Shown piece by piece: positions 1 through 6,754 of a DNA stretch of 23,608 nucleotides (the first letter of the stretch is position 1; each line of letters opens with the position of its first letter). The position numbers and the translations under genes are program-made. This DNA is from Candidatus Micrarchaeota archaeon (lineage in GTDB: Archaea; Micrarchaeota; Micrarchaeia; Anstonellales; Bilamarchaeaceae): assembly GCA_032123335.1 (NCBI GenBank), contig JAQBFN010000009.1, positions 1-23,608 of the forward strand. Direction: 5' to 3'. A model generated the notes under the pieces. That model had not been told where the DNA came from. It searched no databases and saw only the letters and a list, made by a program, of their open reading frames with translations.

Positions 1-2
1 AC

Positions 3-197
3 ACCGGCGTAATTATTACCGTCGGTGGTGATGTAGTTAACACTGTAACCAAAGATGCAATCGCTGGTTCAGACGTTGACTTTGAGGCAACCCCTGTTGT
101 AGTGAAGCAGATCGGCAACAAGATTATCGTTGCAGGTCTCAATGGGGCAGACACCGCAGCTGCTGGAGAGCAGTTCCTCGCAGCACTTACAAACTAA
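3..197 (+). CDS. C-terminal end of an S-layer(-like) protein, 5'-truncated by the window edge
   Basis: Manual translation of frame 3 gives TGVIITVGGDVVNTVTKDAIAGSDVDFEATPVVVKQIGNKIIVAGLNGADTAAAGEQFLAALTN*. This matches the 'I.VGG.V.N..T ... IIVAG....DT..AA' pattern of Methanococcus/Thermococcus-type S-layer C-terminal domains. A strong terminator follows. Confidence 0.75.
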   Translation, partial: TGVIITVGGDVVNTVTKDAIAGSDVDFEATPVVVKQIGNKIIVAGLNGADTAAAGEQFLAALTN

Positions 198-210
198 GTG
201 CAGTAAGGAA

Positions 211-257
211 AAGGGGTTCCAACCCCTTCTTTTCTTCTTTTTCTTTTCTATTTTTCC
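211..257 (+). terminator. Hairpin plus long pyrimidine/T tract terminator
   Basis: AAGGGGTT-CC-AACCCCTT (211-228) followed by CTTTTCTTCTTTTTCTTTTCTATTTTTCC. Confidence 0.75.
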
Positions 258-355
258 TAGCCTTACCCATAAGCAAAAATCGCCCTGCATAGGAAAAACC
301 CATCTTTAAAATACTATCCATACAAATCCAATCTATCACGTTTTGAGGTGAGAAA

Positions 356-901
356 ATGGCCAAAGATACACTATTCCATAAGGTATATCCAGGAGAGGGG
401 AAGTTCATCAACGCAATAATAGAAATCCCCATGGGCTCCAGGAACAAGTATGAATATGACAAGGACACCGGCGCAATTGTGCTGGACAGGGTCCTCTACA
501 GCCCGTTCTTCTACCCGGTGGACTACGGATTCCTCCCCCAGAGCTGGTATGATGACGATGACCCCCTGGATGTAATGATTTACACAAGGTACCCAACGGT
601 TCCCGGGTGCGTTGTTGAAGCAAGGCCAATCGGGCTTCTCAGGATGAAGGATGAAAAGGGCATGGATGACAAGCTCCTCTGCGTTCCCACTACGGACCCC
701 CAATTCGAAAACATCGAAGGCCTCACAGACCTCCCCTCATCAGTGCTCGAGGAGATTGCGCACTTCTTCAAAAGGTACAAGGACCTGGAAAAAGGAAAGC
801 ACACAGAAGTAATCGGATGGTTCGGGAAAGAGGATGCACTCAAAGCAGTTCAGCGCTCTTTCCAGCTTTACAGGGACAAGTTCGGCGAGAACAAAGAATG
901 A
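356..901 (+). CDS. ppa: Inorganic pyrophosphatase (family I)
   Basis: IEIP.GS.NKYEYD, LDRVL, YP.DYGF, DDDPLD and DDKLL motifs. GAGGTGA RBS just upstream. Confidence 0.97.
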   Translation: MAKDTLFHKVYPGEGKFINAIIEIPMGSRNKYEYDKDTGAIVLDRVLYSPFFYPVDYGFLPQSWYDDDDPLDVMIYTRYPTVPGCVVEARPIGLLRMKDEKGMDDKLLCVPTTDPQFENIEGLTDLPSSVLEEIAHFFKRYKDLEKGKHTEVIGWFGKEDALKAVQRSFQLYRDKFGENKE

Positions 902-1399
902 GTTTCCTCATTGATTGGAAATTTCATTTCCGTGTGGCATTTGGTCACATCTCTCCAACGAAGTTGGAGATCCAAAGCGGACAAATTTTGCAATTTGTCC
1001 ACCCCTGCTCAGGATGCAAAGCGCCCTGCTGCAGGGAATATCTTATTACCCTGACTTCTTTTGACATATTAAGAATAGCGGAGAACACAGAAAAAAACCA
1101 GAAGAATTCGCCCTTCTCTCACGTGCAAATCTCCTCAACCTAAACGAATCCACACTCCTGGAATGCTATGATGGAAATGAAAGATATGATTACCTCCTTT
1201 CATTGAAACCACATCCCTGTGTTTTCCTTACAAAAGAAAACAACTGCAGCATACACGAATTTGCCCATACATGTGCAGGCCATACCCCTGTTCAACAAAA
1301 GGTAGTGTAAAACGGTATTTTTGTTCTGAGAAAGCTTCGCTTTCTTCTCTTGAAGCAAGCTTCAAGACAAATTTTGTACACGAAGTAAAACGGTTATAA
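898..1399 (+). pseudogene. YkgJ-family (CxxCxxxCC) Zn/Fe-chelating protein, broken by two -1 frameshifts
   Basis: ATG 898 overlaps the ppa stop (ATGA). Frame A gives ...CSGCKAPCC..ITLTSFDILRIA. After a shift at the A7 run (1091-1097) it reads KPEEFA...PCVFLTKENNCSIHE. After a second shift near 1264-1266 it reads PYMCRPYP. Together these are the YkgJ motifs in order. Confidence 0.75.
1325..1367. repeat. Double-hairpin element, family A copy 1, between 10-bp direct repeats GTAAAACGGT (1307-1316, 1385-1394)
   Basis: TCTGAGAAA-GCTTCGC-TTTCTTCTCTTG-AAGCAAGCTT-CAAGA. Its reverse complement shares a scaffold with 3786-3830. Confidence 0.75.
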
Positions 1400-1413
1400 A
1401 AGTTGATTCAAAG

Positions 1414-1450
1414 TTTGTAGCGCGTGTGCCGCTAGCGCGTACACTACAAA
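1414..1450. repeat. Hairpin element, family B copy 1, directly 3' of tRNA-Leu
   Basis: TTTGTAGCGCGTGTGCCGC-TAGC-GCGTACACTACAAA. 29 of 33 arm positions are identical to 20261-20303. The inverted repeat extends to about 1406-1458. Confidence 0.8.
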
Positions 1451-1457
1451 CTTCGAA

Positions 1458-1542
1458 TGCACGGAGCAGGATTTGAACCTGCGTAGACACTAAGTCAGGG
1501 GGTCTTAAGCCCCCCGCATTTTCCAGGCTCTGCCACCCGTGC
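1458..1542 (-). tRNA. tRNA-Leu (TAA)
   Basis: Reverse complement is GCACGGG...GGGGG-CTTAAGA-CCCCC, long variable arm, GCAGG-TTCAAAT-CCTGC, TCCGTGC-A. No encoded CCA. A TTTATA box lies upstream at about 1595-1600. Confidence 0.96.
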
Positions 1543-1619
1543 GTTGCCTTTTTGCTACGTTAGCTATGTAGCTCTCTATTTAGAGGAATAAAAGTATAAA
1601 AAGGAATTTATTGGACCTA

Positions 1620-2336
1620 TTATCCGTACATCTGGCCCAGATGCTTGCCCTTGCCCTTTTTGGACTGGAGCACCGCTTCCTGGGTTGCCCTGGAAAGTAT
1701 TTCCGCTTCCTCTTCAAGCTCAGCAGTGTCTATCTTGAGTTTCAGGAGCTTTGCAACAACCTTCAGCACGTTCGCAGCAGCCTTTGGGTCTGGCTGCTCC
1801 TCTAAAGTTTCCGCAAGCAATGCAAGCACAGGGGGCTTCATGAGCCCCGGAGTAAGCAGCAATCCTGCAACCCCGGTTGTAGCGCCTTCCTTTACCCTGC
1901 TCACCTGATTCCTTTTTTCCAAAGAAACAACAAGCTCTTCACTGGTGGAAATCCCGTAAACTGCATCCTCCTGCTGGTGCATGGATATTCCGCCAAGGGT
2001 TATCACTAAAGGAGACTTAAGCTTTGTAGCAATGTCCGAAATATTCTTTGCCATCTCGCTTGAAAGGGAAATTGGGGTAACTATCTCTGAAAGAATAACG
2101 ACGAGATTATGCTTCTTGGAAACATATACCCTAAGTGGGGGAAGGGGTTTGTACTCATGGATTGCAGTTACCGGGGGCATCCTGTCGCTTGTGAAATACC
2201 CTACCATCTCCATGTCCAGTTTGGTAGTAAGGTATGAAGCTGCGATGCTCCCCACAAGGCCTGCGGTAGGGAAGCCAACGATGGTTGTCGCACCCTTCAT
2301 ATTCAAGGGCTTGAGCTCTTTGTATTCGATGTGCAT
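1620..2336 (-). CDS. PAC2-family proteasome assembly chaperone (COG1938-like)
   Basis: IVGFPTAGLVGSIAASYL, PLRVY, ITLGG, G..G.LL and PDPKAA motifs. Probable start is MHIEYK at 2336. Confidence 0.88.
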   Translation of the reverse strand: MHIEYKELKPLNMKGATTIVGFPTAGLVGSIAASYLTTKLDMEMVGYFTSDRMPPVTAIHEYKPLPPLRVYVSKKHNLVVILSEIVTPISLSSEMAKNISDIATKLKSPLVITLGGISMHQQEDAVYGISTSEELVVSLEKRNQVSRVKEGATTGVAGLLLTPGLMKPPVLALLAETLEEQPDPKAAANVLKVVAKLLKLKIDTAELEEEAEILSRATQEAVLQSKKGKGKHLGQMYG

Positions 2337-2576
2337 GGTTCTAAATGGAATTAGAAGGTTTTTAATGCCTCGGTTCTGCTTTGATGGCCAAGACATTTAT
2401 GGACGTTAGTCCGTGGATTGAGTAACCCTGTGGAGTTACAGCTTTTCAGGCAAGCTGAGGATGAATTGGACATGGTGTAGTCGTTTTATATCCCAAAAAT
2501 TATCTTATTCTTACTATGTAAACTTTCCTTTGGCATAGTGTCACTGGAAACACTGGAAACACACTGCTTCTTTTTC

Positions 2577-2584
2577 TTTATAAA
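2577..2584 (+). promoter_or_regulatory. TATA box of tnpB (likely leaderless transcript)
   Basis: TTTATAAA ends about 24 nt upstream of ATG 2608, and no RBS is visible. Confidence 0.55.
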
Positions 2585-2607
2585 GTTCTTAATTCACTTC
2601 ATTACCA

Positions 2608-3834
2608 ATGATGGTTATGCGAAGTTGGAAGTTTCGGATTTACCCAACTAAAGAGCAAGAAAAAGAACTTCAACGTTATTTCTACGAATGCAAAAACATA
2701 TGGAACTACCTCTTAGACCACACAAAAGAATACTATAAAAAAACCAACAAGTTCCCAATCAGAAAACAACTGTATGCCCTTACAAAAAAGAAAACCAAAC
2801 TGTTTTCCCAAGTTTCCCAAAATGTCGCAGACAAACTTGTTAAAGCCCTGAAAGGAATGATCGCAACAAAGAAAAAGGGCGGAACGGTGGGTTTTCCCAG
2901 GTTCAAGCCAATAGAACGAATGAAATCATTTACTTACCCCCAGTTTGGATTCAGACTAAACGAACAACTTTTACTCTCAAAAATAGGAGAAATACAAATC
3001 AAGAAACACAGAGAAGTTAAAGGAAAAACCAAAACACTCACAATAAAACGAATGCCTTCGAGAAAATGGTTTGCCATAGTTAGTTCAGAAGTTGAATTAA
3101 CCCCGAAGTGCAATAAAGGCCCCAAAGTAGGAATTGACCTTGGAATAGAGAATTTTGGGCATTTAAGCAATGATTCTGTAATAATGAACCCAAGGCACCT
3201 GAAGAAAGCAGAACAAAAACTCAAACAGGCCCAGAGATTACTTTCAGGAAAAAAGAAAGGAACTAAAAACAGGGAAAAGGCGAAACTAAGAGTAGCAAGA
3301 ATCCACGAAAAAGTATTGAACAGCAGGAGAGATTTCCTGCACAAAGCCAGCAAGAAGCTGGTTGATTCATATTCTTTAATTGCAATGGAAGATCTTAACG
3401 TAAAAGGCTTGAGTAAAGGTTTCCTTGCAAAACACGTATTGGACTGCAGTTGGGCAGAATTTACAGGAATGCTTCATTACAAAGCGGAGGAAGCTGGTTC
3501 TGAAGTAGTTCTTGTAGATCCTGCCCACACTTCCCAAGAGTGCAGCAGCTGTGGTTCAATACAAAAGAAAACGCTTGCAGAAAGGTGGCATACCTGTTCT
3601 TGTGGAGCATCTATGCACAGAGACCTCAATGCAGCTAAGAATATATTTAAACGAGCTACCGGTGGGCGCCGGGAAGCTAGGCCGTTTAGGCCAGAAACGC
3701 CTGTGGAGAGTGGTCCTCTGCCTGAAAGGGTAAGTTCTGCTGATGAATCAGGAAACGCTATCTGTGAAGATAGGAGCCTCGTCTTTCTTGCAACAAAAGT
3801 TGCAAGAGAAGAAACCCACGGTTTCTCAGATTAG
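2608..3834 (+). CDS. tnpB: IS200/IS605-family TnpB RNA-guided endonuclease
   Basis: N-terminal KFRIYPTKEQ helix region, GFPRFK, RuvC-I GIDLG, RuvC-II MEDLN, Zn ribbon TSQECSSCG..CSCG and RuvC-III HRDLNAAKNI. The D-E-D triad is intact. The gene is visibly A-richer than its neighbours. Confidence 0.95.
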   Translation: MMVMRSWKFRIYPTKEQEKELQRYFYECKNIWNYLLDHTKEYYKKTNKFPIRKQLYALTKKKTKLFSQVSQNVADKLVKALKGMIATKKKGGTVGFPRFKPIERMKSFTYPQFGFRLNEQLLLSKIGEIQIKKHREVKGKTKTLTIKRMPSRKWFAIVSSEVELTPKCNKGPKVGIDLGIENFGHLSNDSVIMNPRHLKKAEQKLKQAQRLLSGKKKGTKNREKAKLRVARIHEKVLNSRRDFLHKASKKLVDSYSLIAMEDLNVKGLSKGFLAKHVLDCSWAEFTGMLHYKAEEAGSEVVLVDPAHTSQECSSCGSIQKKTLAERWHTCSCGASMHRDLNAAKNIFKRATGGRREARPFRPETPVESGPLPERVSSADESGNAICEDRSLVFLATKVAREETHGFSD

Positions 3835-3850
3835 GGCGAGGAGCAGTCAC
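3655..3850 (+). ncRNA. TnpB omega-RNA (reRNA) scaffold and IS right end, finishing in ...GAGGAGCAGTCAC
   Basis: Carries the typical IS605 scaffold words GCTACCGGTGGG..GGGAAG..ACGCCTGTGGAGA..TGAATCAGGAA. Terminal stem is CCTCGTCT/GGGCGAGG, ending in TCAC. It overlaps the 3' end of the tnpB ORF. The 5' boundary is approximate. Confidence 0.75.
3786..3830. repeat. Double-hairpin element, family A copy 2, inside the omega-RNA terminal stem
   Basis: TCTTG-CAACAAAAGTTG-CAAGAGAAGAAA-CCCACGG-TTTCTCAGA. Confidence 0.75.
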
Positions 3851-3853
3851 GTG

Positions 3854-3888
3854 TTTTCTATACTAAATAAAACCTTTTCTATACTAAA
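3854..3888. repeat. 14-bp direct repeat TTTTCTATACTAAA x2, 21-bp period
   Basis: Copies at 3854-3867 and 3875-3888. Confidence 0.8.
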
Positions 3889-3943
3889 ATAACAGCATAT
3901 GGCACTGCAATCTGGCTATTTCAGAACCATTAGTTTAGATAAT

Positions 3944-4135
3944 ATGGACCTTTTCCTGTCCTTAATCATGACTGCAGGCCTTGCGCTGCAGGCTGAAGAA
4001 AGCCAGAGTTCCACTCTTCCGGACCCAAAACAGGTATTCCTTGGGGTGCTGATGGCATGCTTCATCATGCTGTTCATAATGCTCGTCTGTGTTCTCGTCG
4101 CATACCTTGCGCTGCAGGCTCTGCAAGCTTTTTAA
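3944..4135 (+). CDS. Small membrane protein (hypothetical)
   Basis: 63 aa from MDLFLSLIM, with a signal-like N-terminus and a long hydrophobic C-terminal helix. An alternative start lies at 3899. Confidence 0.45.
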   Translation: MDLFLSLIMTAGLALQAEESQSSTLPDPKQVFLGVLMACFIMLFIMLVCVLVAYLALQALQAF

Positions 4136-4159
4136 TTCCTTTCCATATAGGTTATCATT

Positions 4160-4327
4160 ATGTCTTTGAAAAGATCAAATGTTTCAATGCCAATGTCTTC
4201 GGCAGGAATTATGGGCCTCTCCCCAACCACAAACCTCGGGGGCAAGTCCATCGACCCGAAGCCCTTCGTAATCGGAACAATAATCCTGGTCCTCATTATA
4301 CACATTGCGGGCTACTTTATCAGTTGA
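4160..4327 (+). CDS. secG: Preprotein translocase subunit Sec61beta (archaeal SecG), absent from the ORF track
   Basis: Manual translation (55 aa): MSLKRSNVSMPMSSAGIMGLSPTTNLGGKSIDPKPFVIGTIILVLIIHIAGYFIS. The 'PMSSAG(L/I)M ... IDP' pattern plus a single C-terminal TM helix is the archaeal Sec61beta signature. Confidence 0.82.
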   Translation: MSLKRSNVSMPMSSAGIMGLSPTTNLGGKSIDPKPFVIGTIILVLIIHIAGYFIS

Positions 4328-5422
4328 CTATCTGAAATAAGCAGCTGCTGCTTTCCTTACGTCTTCCCTCTTTTCCTTAGGGCACAGAATAAGCGTTTTC
4401 TTCCTCTTCTCCTCCGCAAGGAAAAGCGAGCGCACTAAATCAGAAACCTCCATAATCCCCTCAAGCTTCCCCTCAATTTTTACCTTTATGTCCAGGGGCT
4501 TTGTAAGCACAGGGGGAAGGTCTACAAGCACCTCGCACCCGCATTCAGCTGAAAGCTCTTCCGCAGCCCTTTCCGGGTCCACAAGCGCACCCTCTACGGA
4601 ATATGCCTGCTTGTACAAATCCCGCTCCATTAGCGCCTTTGCATACTTTCCCCCATTCTCAGTACCCAGCATCTTCTCAAGCACAATATCATCCGTTGCC
4701 AGGAATTCCTCAGGACCCATCCCATCATTTATTGCAGAATTTATTCCCCGGTTCAGCATCGCAGAGCCGATACGGACGGTTTTGTGCAGGTAAACGGTTG
4801 AAAACATCAGGAACCTTCCCACAAGCAGGGACTCTGTTGCCTCCAGCCCCCTTCTATCCACAACAAGCTCATCTCCATCCAGGAGAACCGTATGCAGAAT
4901 CCTGTCCACATCCACCATCCCATATGAAACCCCAATGTGGTGGGCATCCCGCAACAGGTAATCCATCCTGTCCGCGCCAACATCCCCACCGGTAACTACT
5001 CCATCCACCCCCTTTCCAAGTGAAGCAATTTCCTCCTTTGAAAATCTTTCAAGAAGAATATCTGCAAGCGGCCCGCTCTCCATTTTTTTCCTTCCAACCT
5101 TTTCATGGTCCCCGAAAAACCTGGAAAGCGCCCTTTCGCTCTCATGTGAAAATGCTGCGTGCCCCACATCATGGAGCAGTGCATACATCCGCACCTTTTT
5201 CCTTTCTTCCCCCCCAATCCCCAGCCTTTCGCATATCCTGGAAGCAACCTGCATGGTGCCCAGGGAATGCTCAAAACGGGTGTGATTTGCCCCGGGATAA
5301 ACAAGATAGGTTACCCCAAGCTGCTTAATCCTCCGGAGCCTCTGGAAATCAGGGGAATCAATAATTTTCTGCTCAAACTCTCCTACCGGAATGTTTCCAT
5401 GAATAGCATCCTTTACAATCAT
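4328..5422 (-). CDS. HD-domain phosphohydrolase, SAMHD1/dNTP triphosphohydrolase-like (COG1078)
   Basis: D.IHG, FQRLRRIKQLG, YPGANHTRFEHSLG, LLHDVGH..FSH, ADRMDYL.RD and VY.HK motifs. Confidence 0.92.
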   Translation of the reverse strand: MIVKDAIHGNIPVGEFEQKIIDSPDFQRLRRIKQLGVTYLVYPGANHTRFEHSLGTMQVASRICERLGIGGEERKKVRMYALLHDVGHAAFSHESERALSRFFGDHEKVGRKKMESGPLADILLERFSKEEIASLGKGVDGVVTGGDVGADRMDYLLRDAHHIGVSYGMVDVDRILHTVLLDGDELVVDRRGLEATESLLVGRFLMFSTVYLHKTVRIGSAMLNRGINSAINDGMGPEEFLATDDIVLEKMLGTENGGKYAKALMERDLYKQAYSVEGALVDPERAAEELSAECGCEVLVDLPPVLTKPLDIKVKIEGKLEGIMEVSDLVRSLFLAEEKRKKTLILCPKEKREDVRKAAAAYFR

Positions 5423-5424
5423 CA

Positions 5425-6129
5425 CTACACCCGCACGTAAAGCCCGCCTTTCTTCTCAATATAATCCCCTTTTTCCGCAAGCAGCTTCAGCACAGCCTTG
5501 CACCCGTCTATCGATAGGCTAAACTTTTCCGCAACATCCTCAGGCGTAATCTCCTCCCCGAGCTTGGAAATCGCTTCCCACACTTTCTTGAAATAGGTTG
5601 AAGTGACAACATAGTATTTGCCATCAAAGCCCCGTATGCCCATTATCGCGCCTTTCTGCTTAAGCAATCTTTCGGAAAGCGATTGCGCATCCCTGCTTGC
5701 TTCGAGTATTATGTATCCGTTTGCAAAGAGCTGGTTGGCCATGGCATTTGGCTCCCCCCCTACACTGCCCGTTTTCTTTTTCCCCTCAATTACGTAAATC
5801 CCTTCCTCGAATTTTTTGTTGTGTATGTACGCAACCGTCCCCTGCTTCACGAGCTTTTCCAGCTCTTTCAACTCCTCCTTCCCAAGATATTTTTTCAGGT
5901 ATGAAGGCGACCGTTTCCTGAGCGCAAGCGAATCCAGCTTTCCAATCACCTTATCACCCAGGCTTTCCACTTTCTTCGGCTGGGCAGGAGCCGCCTTTTC
6001 CAGAAGCGGAACCGAAAGCAAGTAGTATCCTTCCTTTAGCGGGAAAAACTCTATCTCATCCACTCCCCGGAACTCTTCCGGAAGCTTCAGGTAGCATCCC
6101 TTTTCCCGCTTTATTACCTTCTCCTTCAT
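5425..6129 (-). CDS. Hypothetical protein with probable winged-helix domain(s)
   Basis: 234 aa from MKEKVIK, with an ATGA overlap to the upstream gene. The C-terminal ITPEDVAEKFSLSIDGCKAVLKLLAEKGDYIEKKGGLY is wHTH-like. Confidence 0.75.
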   Translation of the reverse strand: MKEKVIKREKGCYLKLPEEFRGVDEIEFFPLKEGYYLLSVPLLEKAAPAQPKKVESLGDKVIGKLDSLALRKRSPSYLKKYLGKEELKELEKLVKQGTVAYIHNKKFEEGIYVIEGKKKTGSVGGEPNAMANQLFANGYIILEASRDAQSLSERLLKQKGAIMGIRGFDGKYYVVTSTYFKKVWEAISKLGEEITPEDVAEKFSLSIDGCKAVLKLLAEKGDYIEKKGGLYVRV

Positions 6130-6704
6130 TTTTTCTCTTCCTCGTTGAATATCTGCGCCTGGAACGATTCCAAGCTTACTCCATCCTCTTTCCAGGCTCC
6201 GGGTGCAAGCCCAGCTTTCATGCAAATCCCGTCCAGGTATTCCTCCACTCCCCAGCCCTGCTCTCCAGGCACCTGCGGAAGCAGAAGCCCGCTGTTCCCC
6301 CCATACTTGATAATCAATCCATCCCTCCCAACCTTAATTTTCTCCAGGTACTCTGAAGAATCCTTAACCTTAATCTTCTCCGGAACAGTAAGCACGCTCA
6401 GCTCAAGTTCCACTTCCCCAAATTCCCCTTCACTAAGCGGGGGAAATCTCGGGTCCTCAAATGCAGCTGCAATTGCACTCTTCACAACCGCTTTTCCGAG
6501 CGGGAACATTGGCAATGGAAACCCTATGCACCCCCTCAACTCTTTCCCTTTTCTCAAAGTAACGAAAACCCCGCGCGGCTCCTGATACTTGTCCAGGTCC
6601 ACGCCCTTCAGGATTGAAGGCTCCTCTTTGAACTCAAAATAATGGCCGATTGCCTCCCTTGCAGCACGCAGAAGCTCCTCCCCTTCCTCTTTTTTCAGAA
6701 GCAT
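6126..6704 (-). CDS. AMMECR1-domain protein (AmmeMemoRadiSam protein A-like)
   Basis: RGVFVTL....LRGCIG, AAFEDPRFPP, ELSVLT, GRDGL and GLLLPQV motifs. Probable start is MLLKKEE. Confidence 0.93.
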   Translation of the reverse strand: MLLKKEEGEELLRAAREAIGHYFEFKEEPSILKGVDLDKYQEPRGVFVTLRKGKELRGCIGFPLPMFPLGKAVVKSAIAAAFEDPRFPPLSEGEFGEVELELSVLTVPEKIKVKDSSEYLEKIKVGRDGLIIKYGGNSGLLLPQVPGEQGWGVEEYLDGICMKAGLAPGAWKEDGVSLESFQAQIFNEEEKK

Positions 6705-6754
6705 GCTCCCAATTCTGCACTTAAATTTATAAGCGCTTTCCGAGTAGTCTTCCT

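Larger units (their letters stand above)
2540..3850 (+). mobile_element. Non-autonomous IS200/IS605 (IS1341-like, tnpB-only) element, left end uncertain
   Basis: tnpB plus a right-end structure. No tnpA (Y1 or serine) ORF is adjacent. Confidence 0.65.

Noticed and set aside
1325..1367. Hammerhead ribozyme (CTGA...GAAA words in a three-way junction)
   Set aside because: It lacks the CUGANGA-stem II-GAAA order on either strand.
2486..2536. Divergent micro-ORF MPKESLHSKNKIIFGI as a tnpA or RHH regulator remnant
   Set aside because: It is 16 codons long with no HUH or RHH motif.
2340..4160. CRISPR array / Cas12f (Cas14) locus around the TnpB-like gene
   Set aside because: There is no repeat-spacer series and no cas1/2/4. 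The only repeats are two-copy 9- and 14-mers, and the 3' end has an IS605-type omega-RNA.
4057..4335. 92-aa ORF from the track, and the many antisense or nested ORFs over ppa, purB, pyrB, the ATPase and others
   Set aside because: They are shadow ORFs overlapping genes with clear family motifs.
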